DNA of 64,000 nucleotides from Okamejei kenojei (Eukaryota): NCBI GenBank assembly GCA_035221665.1, contig CM069154.1, positions 36,270,001 to 36,334,000 of the forward strand, read 5' to 3'. Shown piece by piece: positions 26,738 to 39,830 of this stretch (position 1 is its first letter; each line of letters starts with the position of its first letter). The notes under the pieces were generated by a model. It saw only the letters and a program-made list of their open reading frames with translations, ran no database searches and was not told where the DNA came from. The position numbers and the translations under genes were made by a program.

Positions 26738-27245
26738 TCATACATCATGGAAACAGGCCCTTCGGCCCAACTTGCCCATGCCAACCAACATGTCCCATCT
26801 ACAGTAGCCCCACCTGCCTGTGGTTGGCCCATATCGCTCTAAACCTGTCCTATCCATGTACCTGTCTAAATGTTTCTTACACATTGCAATAGTAGCTGCC
26901 TCAACTACATCCTCCAGCAGCTCGTTCCATGTGCCCACCACCCTTTGTGTGAAAATATTACATTGGTTTAAGGTGAGAGGGAAAAGATTTAATATGAACC
27001 TGAGGGGCAATTTTTCCAGTCAGAGGGTGGTGGGTATATGGAATGAGCTGTCAAAGGAGGTAGATGAGGCAGATACAATAACAACATTTAAAAGACATTT
27101 GGACAGGTACATGGATAAGGAAAGGTTCAGGGGGATATGGGCCTAATGCAGGCAAATGGGACACGCATAGATGGGGCATCATGGTCAGCATGAACAAGTT
27201 GGGTTGAAGGGCCTCTTTCCGTGCTATATAACTGTATGATTCACT
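26738..27245. mobile_element. Two CR1 3' fragments in opposite orientation (head-to-head)
   Basis: Both translate FTQRVVG.WNEL...FK.HLDRYMD, one on each strand, joined near 26955. Confidence 0.8.
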
Positions 27246-27769
27246 ATGATATTAATGCAAAACACAGTTAGCACAATAAAGAGAGTGGTCTTCAGAGGGT
27301 TGGGGGATATTCACAGCGTGCGTGGGTAGTTAATAGAGTAGATTATCAGGGAGGGGGTGTGGGAGGAGGCTGGTTTGCCAAGGTTAAGGCAATCCTGTCT
27401 GGGGATTCGGCTGGTGATTGGGAAGGGACACGAAGCACAAGAAGTGGCTTCGCTTGAACAACATGCAACTTATTTACCAAATAGTGAGATGCGAAAGACT
27501 TTCATGAAACCAGCAACAAGTCATTTTACTTGTTCACCTAAAATTTGGTTAAATAGATGTAGTCGCGATACGATATTGGGTAGAAATTTGATGCTTCTAT
27601 GAATTTGAAGGAGATATCGTGTTGCTGCCACACATCCTCCATGAGGCCCAGTCCCACCATAGGTAAGAAGCCCAGTCAATGGTTACTCTCAATGGGGAAA
27701 AAATAATAAAGCAACAGCGCCACCCCTGGGATTTTTACAGCACTGCCTCAGGAACTCACTTGCAGCGTT

Positions 27770-28040
27770 CAGTCTAGTTCAGAGATACCGTGGAAACCGG
27801 CCCTTCGGCCCACCGAGGCCGCACCGACCACCCCGTACACTAGCACTATCTTACACATCGGGGACAATTTACTTTTTTTTTTTTAACTCTTTGGAGTGTG
27901 GGAGGAAACCAGAGCACCTGGAGAAACCCGTGAAGTCACGGGGATAAGGTACAAACTCCGTATAGACAGCACCCGTAGTCAGGATCGAACCTGGGTTCTC
28001 TGGCGCTGCAGGGCAGCCACTCTCCCGCTGCGCCACCATG
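27770..28040 (-). mobile_element. V-SINE (HE1-like)
   Basis: Reverse-complement head, V-domain and tail. Other fragments occur at ~11325-11500, 20880-20960 and 37565-37650. Confidence 0.8.
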
Positions 28041-28625
28041 TCGCCCAATGGGACAGGTGCTAAGCAGATGCCATTGACAACAGCACCACCTGCTGGGGCT
28101 TTCAGTTACTGAACAAAAAACTTTATACAGAATTAAATGGATCAAGATTGATCATCTGGGAGTACATTCTGAGAACACTCGAGGTCATCCTAAATGTCTC
28201 AGCTGTGTCCCGAAGTTACATTTGCAGCACGGGTAACAGTGCCAAATGAGGCATATATCAGAGAATCACAGAGACCTTCCATTCAGTAGTTGTTCTGAAG
28301 TCAGGTCATTGCAGTCCTCTTGGATTTATAATGTGCCAAGAAGTCTGGGACTAAGGTGCGTGGTAGCAAATGAAAGCTGTTGAATTGCTTTAGCAACAAT
28401 GGCCACAGCCACAGTGATCAGTTCCCAGGATCTCCAACCCCTCCCAATGATGTTGTGCATTGCTTCCTCTCTGCATGCATGAACCTCATTTATTTTATGA
28501 ACCAATTCCAATGCTACTTCCTCAAAACCTCACCCTACACCCAATCTGGCCTAACCAAGCTCTCTCAGTTCTCCATCTTTGATGCACATGCACATCATTC
28601 CTGACAGCCCATAATTAAACTCTTC

Positions 28626-29085
28626 CATGTGTAGGCAAGACCAAGCGCAGGCTCGGCGATCGTTTCGCTGAACACCTCCGCTCAGTCCGCCTTAACCTAC
28701 CTGATCTCCTGTTTGCTCAGCACTTTAACTCACCCTCCTGTTCCCAATCTGACCTTTCTGTCCTGGGCCTCTTCCATTGTCAGAGTGAGGCCCAGCAAAT
28801 TGGAGGAACAGCGCCTCGTATTCGCTTGGGTAGCTCACACCCCAGCCGTATGAACATTGACTTCTCTAATTTCACATAGCCCTTACTTTCCCTCTCTCTC
28901 CATCCCAGCCCCTTCCCCGTTCTCCCACCAGTCTTTCTGTCTCCGACTACATTCTATCTCTGTCCCGCCCACTCCCCTGACATCAGTCTGAAGAAGGGTC
29001 TCGACCCGAAACGTCACCGATTCCTTCTCTCTAGAGATGCTGCCTGTCCCGCTGAGTTACTCCAGCATTTTGAATCTACCTTCAA
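28626..29085 (+). mobile_element. Penelope-like element 3' end: GIY-YIG endonuclease C-terminus plus pseudo-LTR
   Basis: TKRRLGDRFAEHLRSV...AQHFNS...LSVLGL...KLEEQ...MNIDFSNF*, followed by a CT-rich spacer and the abundant repeat. Confidence 0.88.
28985..29018 (+). ncRNA. Minimal type-I hammerhead ribozyme motif in the Penelope pseudo-LTR
   Basis: agt-CTGAAGA-a-GGGT(ctcg)ACCC-GAAA-C-GTC-acc: catalytic core, helix II, and the palindromic ACGT helix III typical of PLE hammerheads. Confidence 0.72.
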
Positions 29086-32000
29086 ATGAAACTCTTCCTA
29101 TTGGGTTTCCTCATTTTCCCGCTCACTAACGCACATCAAAGTACATTTGGCTCCACTCTTATCTATACAGTCAAACTCAGAACATCCACAAAAATGGCTT
29201 TGCTTGCTATCTTAAATCATTACTTCAACGGTTGGTCAACAGTCTATCCTCGTCCCAACCTTTACTTCATCTACGTTTGGTTATTGGCCACATCATCTTC
29301 TGGTAGCCTCCATGTGTAAACCAGCAGCATCCTGTGACAATCCTCTATCACCAATCTCAATTCATCCACAGGTGCAGCATAGCTGAAATAAAAAGAGAAC
29401 TGGCAGGAAACACTCAGCAGGTCAAGCAGCATCTGTAAGAAAATGTTTACATGTTTCCATTAGTTTACTCTTGCTCTTTCCAACTGCACATTAATCCACC
29501 AACCAGGTTGTTTTATTAACAGCTTTCAACACAGCAACACTGGCCTCATCTCCTCAGAGATCCTATCCTGTCCCATACCTTCTCTGTAGCTTAAAACCAA
29601 CTTGTTTCACTCTTGTGTAGGAACTGCAAATGCTGGTTTATAGCATAGATACAAAATGACAATAGACAATTGGTGCAGGAATAGGCCATTCGGCCCTTAG
29701 AGCCAGCACCGCCATTCAATATGATCATGGCTGGTCATCCCCAATCAATACCCCGTTTCTGCCTTCTCCCCATATCTGCTGACTCCGCTAGCTTTAAGAG
29801 CCCTATCCACCTCTCTCTTGAAGGTATCCAGAGAACTTGTGTCCAGAACAGAGTATCCAGAGAAAATGCTGGAGTAATTGAGAGGGTCAGGCATCATCTG
29901 TGGAGAAAAGAAATAGGTGACGTTTCGGGTCAGAACCCTTCTTAAGACTGAAAGATAGTGGGGGTTGGGGGGGGGGGGGGGGAGGGGGGGGGGGGGAAAA
30001 CTGGAGGTGAGAAAAGGCGAAAACAAATCAGGGCCGGCAACAGATGACCTCAGGAAGGGTTGTGTCCATAATGGCCCATTATCAGCTGGGGCAGGTGTGC
30101 TAATGAGAAAGAGAGAGAAAAGGATGTGAACAGTGGAACTGGTAAGACGACTAGAGTGGGGGAAGGGTGCGGGAACAGAGGGCAGGGAACACAATTTATT
30201 TATTTCTCAGTCCTGATGAAGGGCATTCAAGCTGAAACATTAATTGTTTTTCTTGCCACAGATGCGGCCAGGTTGTTTCCTTTAGACTTTCAAAACCAAA
30301 TCACTTCCTAAGGCAAAGAGAGGATTCCTTTCAAACGAGTTCAAAACTGGGGCTTAACAGTCTATAATTGTCATATCTACCAGCAAAGGAACAATGAAAT
30401 TCTACTTACGGCAGCTTAATAGCACGCAGATAAATATATACTAATCCATAATCCTATAAATGAACCGTAATGGTGCAAAATCAGTGTCTGTAGGGCAATC
30501 AAAGACAAATGTTGCAAAAATTCATAGTCGCTGAGGTTAGTGTTGTTTTTTGTTCAAGTGCCTGATAGTTGCTAGGATCTGCTGCTCATGGTTTTCAGAT
30601 CCTGTACCTTGTTCCCAAACATAATCATGAAATGAGAGTGTTGCCAGGGTGATGTGTGTCTTTAATGACATTGACAGCCTTTTTGAGGCAGCTCTTCCTA
30701 TAGATCCCTTCAATGGTGGAGAAGTCAGTATCTGTGATGGACTGGGCAATGTCTGCCATTCTCTGTCGTCTCCATTGTTCCTGGGCGTTTCACTTTCTGG
30801 ACCAATCGTGATGCTACCAGTTAGCATACTCTCTATGGTGCTCCTTAAATCTCTCCAAAGAAACATCCTCCAAGGGACATCAGCATGTATCTAATTATAG
30901 AACCATCTAATTATAGCACCTCTCCAAAAGGGAAAACATGGGCAGGCAGAAGATCAGCTGAGATTCACTCATTCAATCAAAAGTCAATCGTGCTTTATTT
31001 GTCACATACAGTATGCATTGCGCAGTGAAATTCATTTAACATATATTACACATGCGGGCGCCGCCATTTCGGCGACATTATTCCAAGTCTTGTCGGCCCA
31101 TCCTCCATGTATTGTAGCAGTTCCCGCAATCCAACGTCACTCTCCTCTCCACGGCCAGTCATCTTTGCATCCCAGGGGTGCCTCCTGCACCCTTAATTTA
31201 AGGTGCTGGAGGCATTAGCCCGGTTCATCATCCTACTACCGGTCCTTGCTCCTCGCATCCGACTTCTCCAGCTCTCTCCCAGTTATGCCATCTGCCGAGC
31301 CTTCGGGCGGGTTCCCGGTCCCACAACCAAAGAGCCCCCGAGCGAGGTCCCGCCAACCACGAGCCTTTGGGCAGATTCCGACGAGCCTTCAGGTGGGGTC
31401 TCGGTCAGCGGGCTAGTTAGTCGCTTCAAACACATCTGATTTGGTATCTGAGCAGATGTGCAAGTGGAGGAAACCTTGGCAGCGTTGAAGTTGTTCACCA
31501 ACTTCTGGCTACGTTGTTGGAGATAAAATTGGATGGGATGACTGAAGCCTTCCATTCAGGAAATTCAACATAACTGCAAAGAAAATAAACTGTAGGTAGA
31601 CACAAAAAAGCTGGAGTAACTCAGCGGGACAGGCGGCATCTCTAGCGAGAAGGAATGTTTGATGTTTCGGACCCGAAACGTCAAACGTTGCTTCGCTCCA
31701 GAGATGCTACATGTCCCGCTGAGTCACTCCGGCTTTTTGTGTCTATCTTCGGTTAAACCAGCATCTGGAATTCCTTCCTACACATGGCCTGCACACATAA
31801 TGGGCATGTTTGTTTACTGTGGGGCACAGTGCGAGGGAAGGAAAGGCTTTGTAAAGTCAAGTTTATTATCATATGCAGAAGTACAGCGAGATACAATGAC
31901 AAACCCGGTTGCAACAGCATCATAGCCGCATAGACTCAAACACACAAAAGCATAAATTCTATATAAATTATTCATCAAATTCCATAAGACAGCAAAAAGA

Positions 32001-33160
32001 GCAACGATGGTGCAAAAAACAAGTCACTGATTCATACACAATTAGTAAAATAAAGAGGGGGATTTTCAGAGGGTTGGTAGAAATTTGGAGATGTGGATGG
32101 ATAGTAGTTCAGCACATGCGCAGGGCGGGGTGTGGGAGGGCTGGAACGATAGGATATTCAACTGTGGCGACCTGATAACACGAGCAGATCCATGTGAAGA
32201 GTGAGATCCTTGTGAAAACCATCAGAAACAATTGACTTTACATTCCTCTGTCCTTGACTGGCTCAGTACCAATAACTAGGACACTACATCATTGATGGCG
32301 TGGAAAAGAGGGGTAATATTATGGCAACCTAATGTCCAGTTGCTACAGGTTGAACACAAGATGGGTCAAACCAGACTGGACAATCAATGTGGTCCAATTT
32401 CATTGGAAGAGAAGGAGAGGAGGTTTTGGTCCTGGAAGTAAGATTTAACTCCTTACTAAAGCCTGGAATAATTCAAATAGCTGAGGCCAGCCCTCATAAG
32501 GAGAGATCCTGATCCTGTGTTTCAAAGTAACCATCTTGTGTCTTGACAGGTAGTTAGTTGCGCAAGTTGTGAACGCTAGTACTTTGTCTTTGCAAATAGT
32601 TTGAATAATGCTGTGATTTTCTTTTACCGTTGTCAGTTCTGTGATTCTAATATTAGCGTGGATTTGGCACACTACCCTCGTCACATTTTTATTGATCATG
32701 CACATTATCTTAAGTCATCCCTCTGTGAAAGACATTGTACTTAAGAAAATGTTTGCATGTCAATGTACATTAACCTGTTCACAGCCAAGGTTTGCTTTTT
32801 CACTATTGGTATTTGATTGGATCTACAATGAATTTAATTAAATACGTAAGATAGAAACAACATGCTGGAGTAACTCCGCGGGACAGGCAGCATCTCTGGA
32901 GAGAAGGAATGGGTGACGTTTCTGGTCGAGACCCTTCTTCAGACCTTCAGTTGCTTTGAGCTCATGGTACTTTCTCCCCCCAATCCACCCATCTGCCCTG
33001 CAAATCTATGGCAAAATGGATGGGTGTTAAGGGCAAGAAAGTGAAAAAAGATCTCTAAAAGTTGAAAACAAAAGATCATCACAAATAATAAATTTGAAAT
33101 ATGCTGGATTAGAAAGTGAACAGGTTGGGAATTGTAAGTATAAAATTCTTGAATGTTTTT

Positions 33161-33215
33161 TGCATGGGTTCATAATCAAGTAACAGAGGTTTCCCTATAC
33201 TGTTACAGTGAGTTA
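33161..33215. repeat. 55-bp exact direct repeat, copy 1 (copy 2 at 34153-34207)
   Basis: tgcatgggttcataatcaagtaacagaggtttccctatactgttacagtgagtta is identical at both sites. Confidence 0.9.
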
Positions 33216-35757
33216 AGTAGCGTACCTCCAAAGAGACATAACAAATATTCTACAGAAAGGCATATCAGAATACTTTGACTTTAACTTCTCCATTCAGTAT
33301 TTCCCAGAAGAACAAATCATGATTTATTTTTTGCAAGATTTGTGACCGACTTTAAAGTAGCAGTACCAAGACAAAATTCAAATCAAAAAGCTTTTCTTTA
33401 TTCAGACCACACACAACTTATTTACAAATGATAAGAAGCAAAAAATAGGGGCAGATGTCGACCATAAGGCCCATCAAACTTGATCTGCCATTCATTAAGA
33501 CCATTCCTAATCTAGATCAGTTCAAATCACAGATTAACAAATTCTGGAACAGTTCTCAATGCCTGATTGGGTTCATCTTCATTTTAAGTTAATATTTTTA
33601 CAATGTGCAATGTACTTAGATTTAAATTCCATGGTAAGATCCTATTATTTTATTAACTTCCAACAACCTGCCTTTTCTTTCTAAGGCACAAATGTTGACT
33701 TTGCTGGTCCCAATTCTCACAAATGTTCATACAAATTAACATCTTGATGCCAGGTGGGAAATTCAGCAGCCAAAAATATATCACACTAAAACAATTAACA
33801 CTGCACCATCTAGTTCACTTTAATTTGCTCCTACAATGAGCGCACCTTGTGATGTGAATGAAGTTGGTGCCTGTAATAATTCAACCTAATATGGCACAAC
33901 TTCAAAGACACCTTGCAGAATCAGCAGAAATTGAGCAGGATGAAACCCAAATATGCTAATATAGGAGTTACGTTCTCAATTCAAGCAAATGATAGTTTTA
34001 CATGCCAATGAAAAACCTTCTTATCCTAATTGATTGTGATTTTCAAACATCACTGAGCTTATCCTGTGGGATCTGATGATTCATGAATCATTGGAATAAA
34101 TTGGAATGCTTATCTCCCAGATTTAATTTTAGATTTATTCTATCTTAACTTCTGCATGGGTTCATAATCAAGTAACAGAGGTTTCCCTATACTGTTACAG
34201 TGAGTTAGCAATAAAAAAGAGTTTAGCAGAAAGATAGTTGAAATGAAAAATAACACAGCACAGGTGTTCACGTTAATCACAACTTTCCTCTGTTAAATAT
34301 CAATTTCCTTGTTTAAAATTGAATAAATTACTCTTCGTTCCTCAGTTGCCCAGTGTTGATGTAGGTTTTCCAGAAATGTTTCTCATCCAAACCAAAAAAA
34401 AAAAGTAAAATAGATATATATCATACTATGATAGCACCAAATGCAAACATTATTAAAAGTGGACAATTAACTTTTATCAACAGCAAAGCAAATCTCAACT
34501 CTACCACTGTGCTGTTTAAATATTTGCTACTGCTTAGCTATGAGCTAACTCTTAGCTTATGTGTGCAGTCCACTCCGGACAACCCCACCTTAATACCATT
34601 GCTTAAATTGAAGAAGTGTTTTGAACCTGGGGTGTTCCTCTCAAATTGTATCTAAAATTCTACCATGTTGTGGTCACTGCTTGTTATGTGATCTTAAACC
34701 ACAAGAACTTGTAATTAATCCTTCCTCGTCATGGATGATCACATCAAATGAGCTCCATAAATTGGTTCCATAATGTACTGCTCCACTAAGCAATCTCTGA
34801 AGTACTTCACAAATTATTCTTCAATGACTTGCCAGTTTGGTTGTCCATTCAATGAAGAGATTATAATCAATAATCATTCCAACCTGCAACTTCTTTGACC
34901 TGCTATTCATTATTTCCACCCTTACTAATTCCACATCTATGTCTATCTTGTATCTATATCACAACTCAACATAGCCACAATGCCTTCCTTAATTAACAAG
35001 CCTGCTTTCCTTTTTGGCCCACTATTTAGGAGCACAGTATCACTATTGGAATACTGAGCAGCCACTCCTGGTCATCTTGCAACCATACCTCAGTCATAGC
35101 TGTTAGATTATGTTTAAAGGATTTATTTCCCAAGTGCAATGTAGGAAAACAACCTTTTAGCATTTTACTCTAAATCTGTTAATATTGCTAAATTTTAGGA
35201 TTGCTAACTGCGATTATCAATGCACCATTGATGGGAATTTGGAGCACAGTAGGAAAAGCAAGTGACCAAGGGTTTACTAGTAAATGTGCACCAACTCCCA
35301 CATTAATTTCCGGTGAAATCTCACACAAACACACTAAGCGAACCACTGATCGAGCCATTGCAAGCTCGAACCAGGGAATTTGTACTTCTCACACAGCCTG
35401 CATTTTAGGATTGCAGGCATCCTTCTGTGGCAATACAAGCTGAAGATCAAATAGCTGGGGTTTTTTTTTTAAAGAAAAGGAATGCCACTATTACTAATTT
35501 AATCTGTACCTGAATTGTGAATTAATTACACGTTTACAAAGAATCACATTGATAGCAAAGCAACTACCAAATTTGAGGTTTGTTCTAACTTCCCCCGTAG
35601 CTTTATCCCAATTGTACTGGACTCGGCTGTACCTATATATGTCCAGCACAGCTGGGGATTGGTACCATTTCCCATCTATTTGACAACTGACCACAGTGCA
35701 ACAGGGCCGGTTGGGGCAGGGGTGGGAGAGGAAAGTTGAGGAGATGGGGGCTAGATA

Positions 35758-36169
35758 TTAGACATCTGTGATAGTCAATGTAAGTCTGCTGTTGGGAATG
35801 GGTGTCATCGACGAACCAGTGACACAGACACCGTTGCCAGTGGCAGAACTGATCGGATGCTTGATCATATCCACATAGAGGTCAGCGTCGGGGTGTTTGA
35901 AAGAATCCCAATCCAAATCCGGCTTCTGGAGATTTGGCAGGTACCGTAAACAGAACACGCAGATTTCAGGAATGTCCTGCTGATGGACGGGAACTAGGAA
36001 AGAAATGGCAAAGCCAGAGTCCGTTTCGCCATAGTGGTATGTCAAGATCCCGGTGATGCCAATGTTAGAGTTTGGGGAATTACAGAACTCCAATGTTGCA
36101 TTCTTTCCCTGAGGTATATCCTGTGGTTTTATTAATGGATTTTTCGGTGCACCTTCCTTCATATACAAA
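35758..36169 (-). CDS. Actinoporin-like (sea-anemone cytolysin fold) protein, last coding exon
   Basis: LYMKEG..PQDIPQGK..F....SNIGITGILTYHY...FAISFLVP...PDADLYVDM...GSSMT...SRLTLTI aligns by eye to equinatoxin II motifs (YFRSG, PHKVPHGK, GAVGVLAY, LAVLFSVP, ADQRMYEEL, GFMNSSGHAILEIHV). Acceptor ctcttttgcag| at 36169; TAA stop. Confidence 0.8.
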
Positions 36170-36855
36170 CTGCAAAAGAGAATAAAAATACTTAATGAGA
36201 TGGCACCATTTCTAATCCAAAATGTTAATTTTCTAATCTTTGACCAAGGAGATATATATACTTTTCCAGTTTGTCACCGAGTAGTCTATCCATGAAGAGA
36301 CCTGGTCAAGATACCTCATCTCAGTTAAAACCATTGATTTGTTCGAACTAGCCGGATTGATGAGGGAAAATTAGCTGTGTAACGATAGACTGGTAAAGAT
36401 GTGTTTGGATCAGGTACGGGCAAGTTGAATATCCGAGTAGTAGCAATTAATTGTTGGCACTGGGTAATTTGTTGAACAAGTCAGGAAGCTATGGGTTCAA
36501 ATCCAAATCGTGTGATGAGGAACTATTATCAGAGGTTCAATCTCTCAGATAAGCCATAAGTTCATAAGTATTAGGAACCGAATTAGACCATTTGGCCCAT
36601 CAAGTTGATCGCCACTCAATCATGGCTGACCTATCTCTCCCTTAAAAATATCCTTCTGTGGCAATGAATGCCACGGATTCACCACCCTCTGACTAAACAA
36701 ATTCATCCTCATCTCCTTCCTAAATTAACCTCTTTTAGTTCTGAGGCTATGACCTCTGGTCCTAGACTCTCCCACTAGTGGAAAATGTGGTCCCAAAGTG
36801 AAAGGTGCAATAAAATTGCAAACTCTTTCCTCAATGCATGCACTACTGTACTTAC

Positions 36856-36926
36856 TTGCAATATTTCAGATCGAACACTTCCGATCGATTGCTCAAAGAG
36901 AGAGTCAGGTTTCGTAAAGGCATCAT
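36856..36926 (-). CDS. Actinoporin-like protein, first coding exon (MMPLRNLTLSLSNRSEVFDLKYC)
   Basis: Acceptor tttttatttag| at 36939, ATG at 36926, donor TGCAA|gtaagt at 36856. The phase-2 join (AA+T = Asn) is in frame with the 36169 exon, giving 160 aa. RNLTLSLSNRS parallels actinoporin RKIAVGVDNES. Confidence 0.78.
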
Positions 36927-38786
36927 GTAATTCCAAACTCTAAATAAAAAGATCATTTTTTTTACACATTCATTTCCCCACAAGCATCCAAGATAACATC
37001 AAAATGATAACGGCAAAAATAACTTAAGGGACATCAAGTTTTTAAAATCCATAAAACTGCAGAAGGCAAGGATAACAATTGCAGGCAAAGTTTTTTTGAA
37101 ATCCTGGGCTAGAAATAATGAGTGACTGTAATGAGGATTTCACACAGGGTAGGTGAGAAAGAATAAAACAAGGGCTTGGGAGGAATAAGGGAGAAATTAT
37201 TTTCTTTCCCCTCTTGATCTTTGCATCTCCCCGGAGATAACATACAATCAGTAGGTGAGGAATAACTTTGAAATTGATATAAATAAAATAAAAGATATTA
37301 AAGGTCAGTAAATTTAAAACGCATTGCTCTCAATTAATTAAAAACCAAGTGAAAAATAACTAAAAAGGTCAGCGAAGCTATTTTTAAGTATGGCTACCAC
37401 CCTCAAACACCTACCATGCACTGAGTCCATACACTGCTTTTAGAGAACTAAAGAACAATTTAGAATTGTTTGTCTCAGCACAGTGATGGACCTCGTCTGC
37501 TTTGCATGCCCACCAGTTGTCCTGCATTATGCACAGTTATTTCTTTGCTTTGCCCTCTAGGTGCTTAACACTCCAAAGATGTATAGGTTTGCAGTGAATT
37601 GGCTTCACTAATACAATGTAAATTGTCCCTAGTGTGTAGGACAGTGTTAGTTGGATAGATCCCATCAGGCCCTGGAGATTTATTCATGTTAATGTTCTTC
37701 AAGAGCCCCAACACCACTTCCTTGCTGATCCCATACTGCCCTTGCATATTAGTATGCTCCACTGTCCACCGCGGTGAATACAGATGCAGTTATCACACTC
37801 CCTTAGTAGCTCACCTACATCCTCTGACAAATTCCCTCCTTTGGTCCTTCCTTCTTTTGGGTTACCCTCTTGTTTTTAATGAATGTATAAAAAGTCTTAG
37901 GATTTTATTTTAATCCAACTAGCCAAAGATAATTCATAAGGCCCCTTTGCTCGTTCACTCTAGTTATTTCCTTCTTGCTTTAAATTCCCCAAATGGCTCT
38001 GTCTGATTTTCTCTTCTTAAACCTTACAAACACTTCCTTTATCTGTCCTCCAGCATATCCTGCACTTTGCCATGGGCTCTCAGTATGGGGGACACACTGA
38101 TGCCCACACTACGCTAGAACCGCCAGCCAGTTGTCAGCATAGTCCATCTCACTCACACCTGCACAACTGGTGCAATGGGTAAATAAACTGCTAGAAGTGG
38201 CCTACATCTGACTTCATGCTTGTGCTGAAGCTTTTGATCTCAACCAGTTGCCACTGCTGTGCCTCCCCAAGTCTTGTAAGGATTTACAGCACTGACATGC
38301 AAAGCAAGTGGCTTACCCACAAATAATAATAATAATAAAAATAATATCTTTATTGTCATTATACAAAAACAACGAGATTAAGATTGCAACCTCCGCATCG
38401 ATGCTATAAAATAAATAAATACGGTAAAAGTACAAATAGGTCCATGTACACTAAGGTTAAAAATTACAGCAGCTGTCACTGTGTTGAGATAAGTCAGTTG
38501 TGCCTGTTGATTATGGGGGCAAAGACAGATTATCGGGGGATGCTTAGCAGACTGATTCAGTGCAGTTGTAGCTCTTGGGGAAAAAGCTATTTCTCAGTCT
38601 GGAAGTGTGGGCGTAAAATGCATTAATAACTGCTTCCGGTGGCGCTATGGAGGGCTAGAGGATAACGCCAGCCAGCTCCTCGCAAAAAACGGGGAAAAAA
38701 TGGGGATTAACGGACCTACCTGCTGCTGCTGCCTGCCTTCTCTGCACCGATTGTTGTGAGTGACGTCATCAGGCGCGCGACTAGTT

Positions 38787-39806
38787 ATGTCTACACAGCG
38801 CAGCCCACCCGAAAAATCGAAAAGTCGAACTACCAGGCAGAGACCGAGAGAAGGCCTGACTGAAGCCTCGGACTCAGGTACGACCTCATCCCAGGAAGAT
38901 GTGACGAAAAGAACAGCGAAAAAAACGGAAAGTGAAGAACTTAAAACTTGTATTTCACGTGAAATTGCTGGTTTAAATGAGGAAATAAACCAGATGAACA
39001 CTGAAATGAAAGAATTGCAACTTGAAATTAATTCCAATATTAATACCAAGGCCAAGAAAATATCGGAAGATTTGAAGAAAGAAATCGCAGAAATGATGAG
39101 TGAAATGTCAAAGGAGATGAATGATAAGATTGAAAAGGTGAAAACTGATTTTGAAGAAAGGCTGAATCCTGTGGAGTAGGCACTGGACCAACAGACGGCT
39201 GGTATAAAAAGCCTTGAAGAACTAGCCGATATAAGTGCTCGGACTACAGCAAAGCTTGTTACAGAAAATGAACGTCTAACGGATTTATTGACCAAAATAA
39301 CCGAGAAATGTACTCAACTAGAAGGTCGCCAGAGAAGACAAAACCTAAGAATCGCGGGTATTCCTGAAGGGGGAGAGAAAGATGAAGATCCCCGAGAATT
39401 TACTGCGAATCTACTGCAAAATGTTTTATCTCTGGAACAAAAGCCTTTACTAGCCCGAGCACACAGAGTGATGAGACGTCAGACAAGACCAAATGCCCCC
39501 CCCCCAAGACAAATGATAATAAAGGTACAATATGACTACGTCTTGGAGGAGATAATGCAAAAAACATCAAGAAACAGAAACCTTGTATTTGAAGGACACA
39601 GGATCAGCATCTATCGAGATTATCCAGCAGAAGTCTCCAGGAAACGAAAAGCATTTAATGAGACTAAAAGTCTCCTGAGGGGGGTGGAAAACTTGAAATA
39701 TGGCCTGATTTACCCAGCTACTTTAAGAGTTACTTTTAACAAGAAGGAATATTTCTTCTCCAATCCTGTTGAAGCGCTGGACTTTGCCCGGAAGATTAAG
39801 ACCTGA
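38787..39806 (+). pseudogene. L1 ORF1p (coiled coil, RRM, CTD) with one in-frame TAG at 39177
   Basis: LEGRQRRQNLRIAGIPEG, RAHRV, ISIYRDY and YGLIYPATLRV are L1 ORF1 motifs; the 38760 and 39288 ORFs are in the same frame. Confidence 0.9.
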
Positions 39807-39830
39807 GAAGGCCTCATCATCGAATACACT

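Noticed and set aside
38645-39295. 216-aa minus-strand ORF
   Set aside because: Antisense shadow of the L1 ORF1 coiled-coil region; no independent support.
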